A DNA stretch of 64,000 nucleotides from an uncultured virus (IMG/VR IMGVR_UViG_3300021478_000018). Taxonomy: Duplodnaviria > Heunggongvirae > Uroviricota > Caudoviricetes. The notes under the pieces are model-generated. The model searched no databases. It was given only the letters and a program-made list of their open reading frames with translations, and had not been told where the DNA came from. Where the stretch lies: IMG/VR virus record IMGVR_UViG_3300021478_000018; one strand, given 5' to 3'. Positions within the stretch are counted from its first letter, which is position 1; each line of letters begins with the position of its first letter. The translations under genes and the position numbers were made by a program. Below, piece by piece: positions 16,987 to 27,900 of this stretch.

Positions 16987-19314
16987 TCATAATACGAAGG
17001 GGACTCCGCCGTTTACCCGGGCGTTGTATAAAGTTTCGCTGTAGGCGAAGGTTCCGCTAAAAGTTACCGCCCCGGAGATCGAGGCCGGGAAGCCCGCTAA
17101 ACCGGTAAAGGAACTAACCGAGTAGGTTTGGACTCCATTTACCGTCCTCGGATTAGAAAGGATCGGGAAAGAGTTCGCGTAGAGGATAAAATTATTCGCG
17201 ACGGCGTTATAGAGGGCGGAATAAAAGACGGCGGTAAACGGGGTAAAGGCGGAAGCCGCTCGGGTTAGGGTCTTTACGGTATCGAACTCGGAAAATGTCA
17301 TTAGGAGGTTATTCGGCCCGTCGTAAACCGCCGGGTCGCCGAGCGGGAACGAATACTGGTTTCGGACGGAGAGCGGGTTCCCGGGGGTTCCGGAGATCGT
17401 TACCGCGATAACGTGGGTAAAGGCGTCCGAGGGAAGACGCCATTTAAACGCTGATAAGTTAAACCGGGGAACCGGGAAAGCGGCGATCGCCGGGGTTCCC
17501 GGGAACGGGGTAAAGGTCGCGGCGACGTTAAGCCCCGGGGTAATACTTCCGGCGTCGTTCGCCGCGAGGTTCCCGATCGTTACCCCCGGGAGCGAGGGGC
17601 CCGGGGTCGTATAATCGTAGAAATTTAGGGAGGACTCGAAGCGGAACCCGGTCTCGGCGGGATCGAAGACGAGGGTATCGCCGGAGAGGATCCGGGCCCG
17701 GCGGAGGACGTAGGACGCGGTCGCCGCCGCTCCGTTAAAATAAGGGGTAAAGGAGAGCCGGTTCGCGGCGAAATCGTACGGGTCGTTAAAATTGTAGGAC
17801 GGAGCGCTAACGCTTAAAATAGTTTGCCGAAGCGGGGCCGCCGGGGTGCCCTGGAGGACGGAGAGGACGAGCTTATCGTAGCCGCGCCCCGGCTTTAAGC
17901 CGTAGACGAGATCGTTCCAGCCGTGCGTATTAAGGGAGAACGTATCCCAGGTATTCGAGAGGTCGAGCGAAAGCCCGACGGCGGAAACTCCGGGGTTTGC
18001 GACGGTTAAGACGGCGGCGGAAGCGTAGCCCTGATAAGCCGTACTAAGGGTTTCGAGGTCCCGGAACCGGAGGGTCGCGAGGGAGACGGTTCCGATCGGG
18101 GAGCCGTAATCGAGTTTTACGGCGGAAGAGGGAAGCGCGTTTATCGTCGTTACCCCGTTAACCGTTAAGGAGATCGTCGGCCAGAGATAAAAGGTCGTCG
18201 GCGCGGAGAGCCCGGTAAAAAAGGAGCTTAGATTAATAACATTGTTCGGGGGGAGGTTCGCGGCGTTATAGACCGGGGCCGCGAGATAGCTAATCGCGGT
18301 CGGGGCGAGCGCGGTCCCGGCGGTTAAGGTCGCGAGCCGGAGGGTTAGCGAATAGGTCGCGGAAGTCGATCCGGCGAGAAGATTCGCGAGGTTCGGGACG
18401 ACGATCCGGAAGCCCGAGAACCCTTGCGCCGGATCGCAGCGGAGTGCCGCATTTGCGGCCGTCGTCGCCGCCGCTAAAGCGAGGGTATCGGCGTCGGTTT
18501 GAGATATAACCGAGGTTACGGTCGCCGAACGGGTAACCGGGTTCCCGGTCGAACCGGCCCCGCAAATCGCCGTATAGAGCTTCGTCGAGGTATAGAGCGC
18601 GGTAACCGGGACGGTTAAAGTCGAGTTATTGGTTATCCCGCCGTCGGTCGCGGCGATCGAGTAGACGTAGCTTCCGGGAAGCGGGGCGGTAATTGTCGCC
18701 GTCGGGAGGGTCGGGTTACTAATCGTCGAGAGAGCCGGGCCGGAGCTTTGCGACCAAGCGTAGGTAACCGTCCCGCCGCCGGTCGGGGCGAAGATAACGT
18801 CGACGAAATAATTATTCGAGTCGGTCCCGCCGGTCGCGAGCGAGCCCGGATAGCTTCCGATCGCGGTCCGGATCCCTCCGGCGTTAACCGGGATAATGAA
18901 GTTGGTCTTGTTCTGCGTAATCGTAAAAGCGTTTAGGTCCTCGGGATAGAAGCCGAGCGGAGACCGGCGGACCGCGTAATAGTTTACTTTCGGGACGACC
19001 GGGACCGGGGTCGGGAAGGTGACCGTTTGCCAGCCGCCGGACGATTCGCTCGCCGGGGCGTTCGTCCCCGAGGTAAGGAGAACGTTCGGATCTTTCCAGA
19101 GGTCCGCGTAATGCGTCCCGGTATCGGAAGGGCTTTTCCAGAAGGCGACCCCGAGGATCGTTCCCGGAAGCGTTACCGAAAACTTTAGGCCGACGATAAC
19201 CGACGGCGGCGAGTTTACCTCGGCGATCGTCGGGACGGCGACCGGGGCGAACATTCCCGCCCGGGTCTCCGCCGTTAGGTTAAAGGGGATACCGTTATAA
19301 ATCGTCGCGGCCAT
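16987..19314 (-). CDS. appendage protein with DUF4082-like and PKD-like domains and a Cys-paired module
   Basis: VGLKF...GTILGVAFWK...GGWQTVTF...NYFVDVIF, then YAWSQSSGP. Confidence 0.75.
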   Translation of the reverse strand: MAATIYNGIPFNLTAETRAGMFAPVAVPTIAEVNSPPSVIVGLKFSVTLPGTILGVAFWKSPSDTGTHYADLWKDPNVLLTSGTNAPASESSGGWQTVTFPTPVPVVPKVNYYAVRRSPLGFYPEDLNAFTITQNKTNFIIPVNAGGIRTAIGSYPGSLATGGTDSNNYFVDVIFAPTGGGTVTYAWSQSSGPALSTISNPTLPTATITAPLPGSYVYSIAATDGGITNNSTLTVPVTALYTSTKLYTAICGAGSTGNPVTRSATVTSVISQTDADTLALAAATTAANAALRCDPAQGFSGFRIVVPNLANLLAGSTSATYSLTLRLATLTAGTALAPTAISYLAAPVYNAANLPPNNVINLSSFFTGLSAPTTFYLWPTISLTVNGVTTINALPSSAVKLDYGSPIGTVSLATLRFRDLETLSTAYQGYASAAVLTVANPGVSAVGLSLDLSNTWDTFSLNTHGWNDLVYGLKPGRGYDKLVLSVLQGTPAAPLRQTILSVSAPSYNFNDPYDFAANRLSFTPYFNGAAATASYVLRRARILSGDTLVFDPAETGFRFESSLNFYDYTTPGPSLPGVTIGNLAANDAGSITPGLNVAATFTPFPGTPAIAAFPVPRFNLSAFKWRLPSDAFTHVIAVTISGTPGNPLSVRNQYSFPLGDPAVYDGPNNLLMTFSEFDTVKTLTRAASAFTPFTAVFYSALYNAVANNFILYANSFPILSNPRTVNGVQTYSVSSFTGLAGFPASISGAVTFSGTFAYSETLYNARVNGGVPFVL

Positions 19315-19319
19315 TTCGT

Positions 19320-20684
19320 TTACGGGATCGTCGCTTCCCCGACGACGACGCGGGCGTACCGGGGGTTCGGGAAATAGATTACCCCGTTCGTCGCCGCCGG
19401 GATATTAAGGGCCGGGTTCCCCGACATCGACAGGATCGAGTACGGGGTCGAGCTACCGGGCGGGGCGGAGGTCGAAGCGCTAAAGACGGTATTATTCGCG
19501 AATTGGATCGAGTTCGGGATCGCGGTATAGACGCCGGTCCCGGCGTTATAGGTCGCGGCGTAAAAGACGAGGGTTAGGGCGGCGGAGAGCTGGGTCGCGG
19601 TAAAGAGGGTATCGAGCCGGATAACTTTCGCGAGCGGCGGGATCGTCGCCCGGTCCATCGGCGTTACCCAGGCCGGAGCGAGCCCGATCGGGGCGTTAAG
19701 GGACCCCTGAGGGAGGTAGACGAGGAGATGGGTCGCCGGGGAGGAGGAACTCTTCCAGTTCGACGTATCGAACCCGATAAAGGTCCCGGTCGAGAGGGAA
19801 ACCCGGACCGGCCCGGGTCGGGCCGAGGGGAGGACGAGAACGGCGTTCGGAGCGGCGGCGACCGATCCGGCGGCGGCGAGCGAGGTAACCGACGCGCCGG
19901 AAGGGCCGGAGTCGAGGTTTAGGGCGACCGGGAACGGGAAGGTTCCTCCGCTCCCGGCCCGGAAGATTAGGTAAAGCGGGGCGGCGTTCGGGACGAGGGC
20001 GACCAGGGTATCGTCGATATTGAGCTGGGTACTCGTCGAGTACGGCCAGAGCAGATTATTCGGATCGGCGATCGTCGTATTAACGAGGGCGAGGGGATGG
20101 GTAACGGTCGAAAAGCCGTTCTGGACCCCTAAGGGGGTCTCGGTAATCGGGGCGGAGGGGGTTCCGGCGGAAAGGTAGCTGAGCTGAAAGGAAGCGATCG
20201 AAGGATCGATCCCTTGGATCCCAAATAGATTAATCTGGAGCTTCGGGAGCGGGCCGTACGGGGAACATACCAGCGCGGCGTTCGCCGCGACCGAGGCGGC
20301 GGTCGTCGCTTTCGCGAGAGCGTCCGGGGCGGAGGTCGCCGAGGAAGCGGTCGCGGTAAAGGGGACGGGGGTACCGACCTGCCCGGTTGGGCAATAGGCG
20401 GTATAGGGGGCCGAGGCGGTAAAGAGCGGGAGAACGTTAACGAGGAAAGTCGCCGTAACCGGGGTAATCGAATCCGAGACGGTGAGCTGAAAATTGTATT
20501 GCCCGATCGTATCGGCGATAATCGTCGGAGAAAGGACGTTAAGAGCGGAGAAAGAGGCCGCGTCGGGGCCGGAAAGTTGGGTCCAGGAGTAGGCGAGGGC
20601 GATTCCCGGGTAAGCGTCCGGATCGAAGGCCGCGATATTAAAGGTAAAAGGCTGATTGAGGTACGCCGTGTAGGCTTGGGCCAT
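19320..20684 (-). CDS. appendage protein paralogue
   Basis: DPD...YSWTQLSGP...QYNFQLTVSD; one Cys-paired module. Confidence 0.75.
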   Translation of the reverse strand: MAQAYTAYLNQPFTFNIAAFDPDAYPGIALAYSWTQLSGPDAASFSALNVLSPTIIADTIGQYNFQLTVSDSITPVTATFLVNVLPLFTASAPYTAYCPTGQVGTPVPFTATASSATSAPDALAKATTAASVAANAALVCSPYGPLPKLQINLFGIQGIDPSIASFQLSYLSAGTPSAPITETPLGVQNGFSTVTHPLALVNTTIADPNNLLWPYSTSTQLNIDDTLVALVPNAAPLYLIFRAGSGGTFPFPVALNLDSGPSGASVTSLAAAGSVAAAPNAVLVLPSARPGPVRVSLSTGTFIGFDTSNWKSSSSPATHLLVYLPQGSLNAPIGLAPAWVTPMDRATIPPLAKVIRLDTLFTATQLSAALTLVFYAATYNAGTGVYTAIPNSIQFANNTVFSASTSAPPGSSTPYSILSMSGNPALNIPAATNGVIYFPNPRYARVVVGEATIP

Positions 20685-20692
20685 AGAAAGAT

Positions 20693-22606
20693 TTACCCGT
20701 TAGCGGAGGAAAGAAGAACCTTCGCGCCCGGGGCGTTGACGACTAGGACGTTATTCGTCCCGGCGGGAAGGTTCCCGACGGCGGCGATACTACTAATTGT
20801 ATAGTTCGGCCCGGTTGGGGCGTAGGAGGTAAGGTTATAATCGCGGAGCGGGAACGAGGAAGCGAGCGGGGTTCCGGCGCTCGTTTCGAGGTAGAAAGCG
20901 AGCGCGAGAGAGCCGTTCGTTAAGAGGAGACTCGCGAGAGTCGGGTTCGAGAGAAGGTTCGTAACGTCGTAACCCCGGCCCGCGACCGGTCCCGGGGAGA
21001 CCCCGAAGGCCCGGGTCCCGCCGGTCGGGTTCGGCCAGTTATTTATCGTGTAGACCCCGACCGTAACCCCGGTCGGGAAGCCGGTCGCGAACCGGTAAAG
21101 GTCGAGGAAGAGGGAGGGAGCGCCCCGGACGGTCGCGAAGAAGGGGTTCGGGGTCGAGAGCGCGGCGCTCGGGATCGAAAGGACCCCGTTCGCCGCCCCT
21201 AAAATCGGGCCGGATCCGGTTAGGGAAAGGATCGAAACGGTTCCGGACGGGTTCCGTTCGAGGTTAAGGGGGACCGAGTTCGCCGTAAAGGTATAGGTCC
21301 CGTTAACGTAGGTCCCGGCCCGGAAATAAACGTTCCAGGGCGGCGTCGGGTTATTCGCGCTAATATAAGCGAGGAGCGCCGCTACCCAGGTCGTCGCCGT
21401 CGAGGGAAGGGTATTAATAAAGCCGGTATGGGGGATAGACGCGTAAGCCCGGCGGTCGTTATAAGTCGGAGAGTAGAGGGAGCCCTGAAATGGGATCTGC
21501 GAATAGCCGAAAAAGTTATAGTAGGAATTTAAGAGGTTCGGTTCGGAGTTAACCGGATTCATCGTCATTATTAGCGTCTCGCTCATCGGCGAGGTTAAGG
21601 TTCCTCCGGTTAGGAAGAAGAGGCCGAGAGCGTTGGCGACTCCGTACCCGGCGATCCAATCCCAACCGTTCGCGTCGAGCGCCCAAGGGGAAAGCGCTTG
21701 GAGCTGATTAGAGATAGCGAGGGAGATCCGGGTAAAAGCGGGCGAAGGGAGATTAAGCCGGTAACCGAGGGAGCGGTTCGGGTTCGGGAGTCCGGAAGTC
21801 GGAGCGTAGCCGATCGTTTTCTTCTGCACCTTCGTAATCGTCGCTCCGGCGAGGTTCCCGTTTACCGTAGCCGGAACGAGCGAGAGATCGAAATTGGACG
21901 GTTCGAGGATCGTCTTAAACGAGGACGAGACCTCGGTAACCGAGATTAAAAGCGAGGCCGGGTTATTAAGCGGGAAGAGTTTCGGGAAATAGGGGAAGAG
22001 TTCGACCGTCGATCCGGCGGTAACCCCGGAACCGACGACGAAAGTCGCGCCGGTTAAGCCGGATCCGGAGGGGACGAGAAAATCCTGATTCGGGAGGGTG
22101 TCGGTTGGGAGGGTAACGATCGAGTAAACCGCGCCCGGCGGAGCGTCCGGCGGGAGGGTAAACCCAATTGAGGCGGGGCAGCAGGAAAGGACGGCGGTTA
22201 AGGCCGAGGAAGCCGAGGCGGCGGCTTTCGCGTTCGCGTCGGCGGCGGAGACGATCGAGGTCGCGTTCGCGGAGACCGTCTGGATTAAAGTCGAGAGGCC
22301 GTTCCCTTTCGAGGCGCAGCTTCCCGAGAGATAGGCGGTCGTCCCGTAGGAAGGGGCGGCGGTAAAGCGATAGGTCGCGGAGGTCGAGACCGCGCCGTCG
22401 AAAGCGGTTAAAGCGATCGAATAATCGCCCGGGGTATCGACGAGGACCGAAGGGGTAACCGAGTTCGTATTAAGGAAGAGGAGGATCGAACCGGGCGGCG
22501 ACGATACGACCGACCAGGTATAGGAGAGGAAATTATTCGGGAAATCGTCCGGATCGCTCATCCGCGCCTCGACCGTAAACGGCATATTCGTGTAAATGGC
22601 GGGCAT
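20693..22606 (-). CDS. appendage protein paralogue
   Basis: DPDDFP...YTWSVVSSP...GDYSIALTAFDG; one Cys-paired module. Confidence 0.75.
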   Translation of the reverse strand: MPAIYTNMPFTVEARMSDPDDFPNNFLSYTWSVVSSPPGSILLFLNTNSVTPSVLVDTPGDYSIALTAFDGAVSTSATYRFTAAPSYGTTAYLSGSCASKGNGLSTLIQTVSANATSIVSAADANAKAAASASSALTAVLSCCPASIGFTLPPDAPPGAVYSIVTLPTDTLPNQDFLVPSGSGLTGATFVVGSGVTAGSTVELFPYFPKLFPLNNPASLLISVTEVSSSFKTILEPSNFDLSLVPATVNGNLAGATITKVQKKTIGYAPTSGLPNPNRSLGYRLNLPSPAFTRISLAISNQLQALSPWALDANGWDWIAGYGVANALGLFFLTGGTLTSPMSETLIMTMNPVNSEPNLLNSYYNFFGYSQIPFQGSLYSPTYNDRRAYASIPHTGFINTLPSTATTWVAALLAYISANNPTPPWNVYFRAGTYVNGTYTFTANSVPLNLERNPSGTVSILSLTGSGPILGAANGVLSIPSAALSTPNPFFATVRGAPSLFLDLYRFATGFPTGVTVGVYTINNWPNPTGGTRAFGVSPGPVAGRGYDVTNLLSNPTLASLLLTNGSLALAFYLETSAGTPLASSFPLRDYNLTSYAPTGPNYTISSIAAVGNLPAGTNNVLVVNAPGAKVLLSSANG

Positions 22607-22611
22607 AGGGC

Positions 22612-24948
22612 TTAAAAGAGCGCTTGACGATGTTTCCGGAGGACGACTTTAACGTCTTCGGTCGAAGCGAAGGCGGCGACGTTCGAGTTCGCGGCGGGGA
22701 GGGTTACCGGGCCGACCGGGGAGGCGAGAGTCGGGGTTCCGGCGTAGGAAAGGACCGTAAAGGGCGGGGCGTTATTCGTCGCCGCTTTCGTCGCCGCGAC
22801 GAGCGAATAATCGGTCGGGAAAGGAACGGTCGCTCCGATCGGCCCGATATTCCATCCGCTCGCGAGCGTATACCCGAGCGGACCGCCGCCCGCCGTCGCG
22901 TTAAGGAAGATAAAGGTTAGGGGAGTCGAGGGATCGGTAAAGGTCGGGATAAAGGGGATCGGGCTAACCGAGGTTTCGGTTAGGTTCGACGGCGGGGTTA
23001 AGAGGACGAGTCCATAGTTTAGGATCGTCGTTAGCGAGGGGTTAGTCTGAAGGATCATTACTCCGGCGAAATTCGTTCCCGGCGCGGCCCAGTTCGCCGC
23101 GTCGAGCGCGAGGTAGGGAGCGGAAGCGATCGAGAAGGCGACGTTCCCGAGGGTTTCGATTCCGTTAAGGGTTAAGACCCCGGAAGCGGCGCTTAAGATC
23201 CCGGCGTTCGGGTTCGCGGCGAGAGAACCGATCGCGGCTCCGCCGCCCGGGTAAACGCCGTCGAGCCGGAGCGGGACCGAATCGGGGAGGAAGACGTAGG
23301 AGCCGTCGGAATGGGGCCGACCGAAGTAAAAGGCGTAGCTCCAGGTTCCCGCGAGGACGTCGTTAAAGCCGTCGTCGAGGTAGAGGATCGAATCGAGGTA
23401 ATTCGGCGGGTAGGAGAGGGGAAGGGTCGAGGTCCCGAGAAACTTCATTTTCTTCGGGACGGCGAGCGTCCCCGAGGTAAGGCGGTAGACGCCGAGGACT
23501 TGAACGTTAGAAAGGTTCTGCCCGGCGATCGCGTTATAGAGCCGGAGCCCGAACCGTTCCGGGGTCGGGTTACAGGTAAGCTGCGCGGCGGCTTGTTTCG
23601 TCGCGGCGGCGATAGCGTTCGCTTCGGCGGTCGGGTAATCGACGGTCGAGGTCGCCGAGACGGTCGCGTAAGCCCCGAGCCCGTAGGTTCCCTTCGGGCA
23701 GGAGACCCCGACGGTCGCCGAGGCGGTATAAAGGAAGTCGAGCGAAGAAGAAACGGCGGAGCGATAGCTATTATTACTCCGGTAGGGAACTTGAACCCGA
23801 TAGGTTAGATCGGTTTCGGTAACGATATAGACGATCGGCGGGACGTTCGGGGTACAATTTAAGGCGGCGTAAGCGGTCGTATAAGCGGCGTTTACAGCGG
23901 TCGTTTCGGCGATTCCGTAATCGTACGAGGTAAAGGAGGAAGTTACTTTAACCGGGGCTCCCTTATTCCCGGTCGGACATTGGACAACGACCGTAACCGT
24001 CGCGGTAACGAGCGGCGAATAATCGACGATCGTTACGACCGGCGGGATATTATTCTTACAGATTAAATTAGCGAGCGCGGTCGCTCTCGCGAGCGCGTAA
24101 GCCCGGTTCTCGACTTCCCGGTAAGGGAGGTTCGAAAGGGTTAAGGTCTTCGTAACCGTAACCGGGGGCCCGTAGGCGACCGCCGTTACTTCGGGGCAGG
24201 TCGCCGTCGCCGTCGCGGTCGCGGTAACCGAGGCGTTAAAGCCGAGGACCGAATAAACCGGGGGAACGTTCCCCCGGGTACAGGAAAGGGCGGCGTTCGC
24301 TCGCGTCTTCGCGACCGAGAGGGCCGAGGATTCGATCGAGGCGTAAGGTCGACCGGTATCGGAAAAGGTATAGGAAAGGATAACCGGGGTCCCGACGTCG
24401 GGCGGAACGCAGCTCGCGGTATAGGTTACGGTCGCCGCGATCGACGGGGTATAATCCTTAATCGTTACTCGCGGCGGAAGGTTATCGACGCAATTTAGGG
24501 CGGCGTAGGCTTGAGATTGAGCGGCGAGGACGGCGTTTTCTTCGGCGTCTTCGGCGGAGATCGAGGAGGAATAGCTCGCGATTACGGTTACCGGTTTCCC
24601 GTTCGACCCGGAGCCGCAGACCGCCGTATACTCGGCGGCGGCTCGATAGATATTGGTTATCGCGACCGCGATCTCGGTCGAGACGATCGCGAACCCGTTG
24701 GTAACCGAGAGCTGAAATAAGTAGGTCCCGAGCGAGTTACATACCACCGTCGGCTCTAGGAGGGTAACGTCGTTAAAGAGAGCGGTATCGGGACCGGCGA
24801 CCTGAACCCAGAGGTAATGGAGCGGTAACTCCGGGGTATCGAGATCGACCGCTTGGGCCTGGATCCGGAAAGGTTGCCCCGGGCCGACGAGAGCCTGAGA
24901 GCCGTCGGAGGGTAAAGGACCGAAATCGTTGAGCGGGAATACCGGCAT
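22612..24948 (-). CDS. appendage protein with five Cys-paired modules
   Basis: PKD-like N-terminus plus 5 x (C..G.PV....A.L.C..N.PP). Confidence 0.75.
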   Translation of the reverse strand: MPVFPLNDFGPLPSDGSQALVGPGQPFRIQAQAVDLDTPELPLHYLWVQVAGPDTALFNDVTLLEPTVVCNSLGTYLFQLSVTNGFAIVSTEIAVAITNIYRAAAEYTAVCGSGSNGKPVTVIASYSSSISAEDAEENAVLAAQSQAYAALNCVDNLPPRVTIKDYTPSIAATVTYTASCVPPDVGTPVILSYTFSDTGRPYASIESSALSVAKTRANAALSCTRGNVPPVYSVLGFNASVTATATATATCPEVTAVAYGPPVTVTKTLTLSNLPYREVENRAYALARATALANLICKNNIPPVVTIVDYSPLVTATVTVVVQCPTGNKGAPVKVTSSFTSYDYGIAETTAVNAAYTTAYAALNCTPNVPPIVYIVTETDLTYRVQVPYRSNNSYRSAVSSSLDFLYTASATVGVSCPKGTYGLGAYATVSATSTVDYPTAEANAIAAATKQAAAQLTCNPTPERFGLRLYNAIAGQNLSNVQVLGVYRLTSGTLAVPKKMKFLGTSTLPLSYPPNYLDSILYLDDGFNDVLAGTWSYAFYFGRPHSDGSYVFLPDSVPLRLDGVYPGGGAAIGSLAANPNAGILSAASGVLTLNGIETLGNVAFSIASAPYLALDAANWAAPGTNFAGVMILQTNPSLTTILNYGLVLLTPPSNLTETSVSPIPFIPTFTDPSTPLTFIFLNATAGGGPLGYTLASGWNIGPIGATVPFPTDYSLVAATKAATNNAPPFTVLSYAGTPTLASPVGPVTLPAANSNVAAFASTEDVKVVLRKHRQALF

Positions 24949-24964
24949 TTTTCTTCCGAGGGAA

Positions 24965-27900
24965 TTACCCGAGGAGTAGTTTGCCGTTGAGAACTCGCCG
25001 GTACGGGTAAAGCGGCCCGTCGTAATAAACGTAGGCTCCGTTCGAAAGAGCCGAGAAAGCGCCCGGCGACCTTACGTCCCATTCCGAGATTACCAGGTTC
25101 CGGTTTATCCCGGCGGCCCGGACGGCGGCCAGGTTCGCGGTCGCGCCGAGGAGCTGGGAGAGATTATCCCGTTTAAAGGAGGATCCGTAAGGGCCCCGGA
25201 GATCGGAGAAGGAATAGCCGGTCGCGAGGACGCCCGTTAAGTAAGCGTTCTCCGCCGGATCTAACCATCCCGGTAGCGCGATCGGTCCCCCGACGGTAAT
25301 ACTCCCGTAGAAGGACCAGTCGCCCGTCCCTCCGAGGGTCGTAAAGGGGAAGGAGGCCGGGAGCGGGCCGAAGGGGACGCCGACGTAGGAAAAGGAGCCG
25401 GTAACGGTCTGCGTCCGGAACGTCATTAGGTTCGAGTTCGTTAGAAACGCGAGGTAATAGTTTCCCGCCGGGATAAAGATCGGCGCGGCGAGCGTCAGCG
25501 TATACCAGCCCGGCGTCGTCGGGGTAACCGGAGGGGTCGAGGTAAGGAGGTTTCCGGGGTTCCCGACCGGGCCGGTCGCGTCGTAAAGTCCGAAGGTAAT
25601 CTTCCCGTCGACCGCGTCGAGATAGATACTAAAGGAGCGGAGAACCCCGCCGATCGCGAGCGAGGCGAGCTGAGCGATTAGGAGACCGGCGTTCCCGGCG
25701 TCGCTATTCGGGACCAGGGTCGAGTCGCCGAAAACGGTCGAGGAAGGGTTAACCGGGACCGGGGTCGGATCGATTACCGGTTCGACGAGCCCTCCGGCGA
25801 TCGAGGGAACTCCGAGTTCGGTTAAGATCGCCGGGACGTTCTCCGCGAGGTAACCGGTTCGGGTTCCGGCGTACGCTTCGTCGAAGAAGTAGGTCCCGCC
25901 GTAATGGACCGAGGGGCTCGCGTTCGAGACGGCGTCGAGTTTAAAGCGGTAGATCGAGCCGGTAAAGGTATTCGTCCCCGCTCCGGCGGCTCCGAGGTAA
26001 AGTTTCCCGGTCGTCGAGAGGAGGTAGGGGGTTCCGCCGAGCGGGAGGGTATTCGAGACGAGGGTTCCCCCGCTATAGTAGCCTTCGGTTACCATCCAGG
26101 CGGATCCCGCGCCCGAGGGCGAGTAGGCCCATTGCACATGGTAGGAAGTAATCGTCTCGTCGTCGGCGAAGACCCCCGGAGTAACGAAGTTCGCTCCGGC
26201 GCTCATAACGATCGAGGTCCGGATCGACCGGTAACCGCCGTTATATTCGATCCGGAACCCGCCGTCCGGGACGCTGGCGAGACCCGGGAAGAAGGAGGTC
26301 GGGGGAGAACCGGCGTAATCCGGCTTAAAATCGAGTTCGACCGTAATGTTATTGACCGCTCCGGCGGTAAAGGGGGCCGGGAGAAGGGTCGAGGCGTAGC
26401 TTCCGCCGCCGACGACGAGGGCGGTAAGGGCGTTCGAGGAGGGGCGCGGTAAGATCCCGTAGCTCCGGGGCGCGAACCAGTTAAAGCGCGATTCGAGGAA
26501 AGCGTTCCCGACCGTCGTTAAACCGCCGAGCGAGAAAGCGTCGGTAAAGGCGTTTCCCGGGAGGACGGTCGCTCCGGCGGCGTATCCGGAGGGGGCGGGG
26601 GTATAATGATAGTTCGCGGTCGAAAGATAGCTCCCGAGATTTTTCGAGCCGATCCCGGGATTAATACTAACCGAGGCGGCGTTGGTCTTCCCGGCCCCGT
26701 CGGTCGTATTAAGGAGCCGGTTCGTTTCGGCGAGGTTCGGATAAGTTAGGTACATGTCCTCTCCGGAAGCCGCCCCGAGAATCGCCTTATTATAGGTCGT
26801 CGAGGTTAAGGTCGCGCTCGGTTCGTACCAGTTTATCCCGAGGGTAACGTTGGTCGAGTTCCAGAGTCCATCGAGGGGGAAGTCCCCGAGGGTCGAGTTA
26901 AAGCTATATTCGTCGTTCCGGGCCGCGTAGGTAATAATCGCGGAAGGGAAGGTCGCGGCTAAGGAAGCGGCGGAAGTTAGTAACGTCTGTAGGAATAAAC
27001 GGCGGTTCGCGAGAACCGGGCTATTCGTTAGGCCCCGGTAGGAGTTACCGAGGTAGAAGATCGAGGGGTTAACTCCGACCGTTTTAAAGAGGTTCGCGTA
27101 ATTCGTTAGGAAGTTACTATACGCCGTTAACCAGGTCGTAAAGGAGCCCGCCGGAGCGCTATCGAAGTTAACCGTCGAACGGTCGGCGAGGACCCCGTTC
27201 GTATTATCGATAAAGCGGACGACTGGGTTAATTCCGACCTTAAACCCGGCGGAGTTAAGAGCGACGATCGTCGCTTTAACCGAGGCGTCGTTTTGGGTCC
27301 CGCCCCGGTAGGCGTTCGGGGGTAGGGTCGAAGCGGTCGCCGGGTTATAACCCGCGACCGACCAGGTCGCGTTCCCGCTTCCCGAAGGAATTATCCGGCT
27401 CGCGAAATTAACCGACATATAAGGCGCTAACGATGCCATATTATTAAACGGGGTAAACCAGTCGACCGTAAGGACGACCGTCGTTATCCCCCGGGCTTTA
27501 AGGGCCGGGGCGTCGGCGGCGAGGAAGCGGGTAAAGTCGGACCGGGCGGAGCCGAGCGCGGTCCCGGCGTAATAGTAATCGTTCCCGGAATTATAGGGAC
27601 GGCGGGCGTTATCGTACCGGAGAACCGGATCGTACCCGAACTCGTCCTTCGCGGTTAGGAGGATACTATCCGGGTTAAAGGGCGGCGGCGTACAATCGAG
27701 GGCGGCGGTCGCGGTCGCGGCGGCTCCGGAACCGGCGATCGCGTAAGCGTTCGCGTAGGAGGCCGGGTCGCTCCCGGTATAGGTCGCGGTAACGACGTTC
27801 CCGGGGGCGATATTTAGCCCCGAGGGGCAGGTTTCGGTTACCGTCGTCGTCGCCGAGTAGACCTGCGTCGGCGGGTCGATAAGAATCGTCGGGCCGGTAT

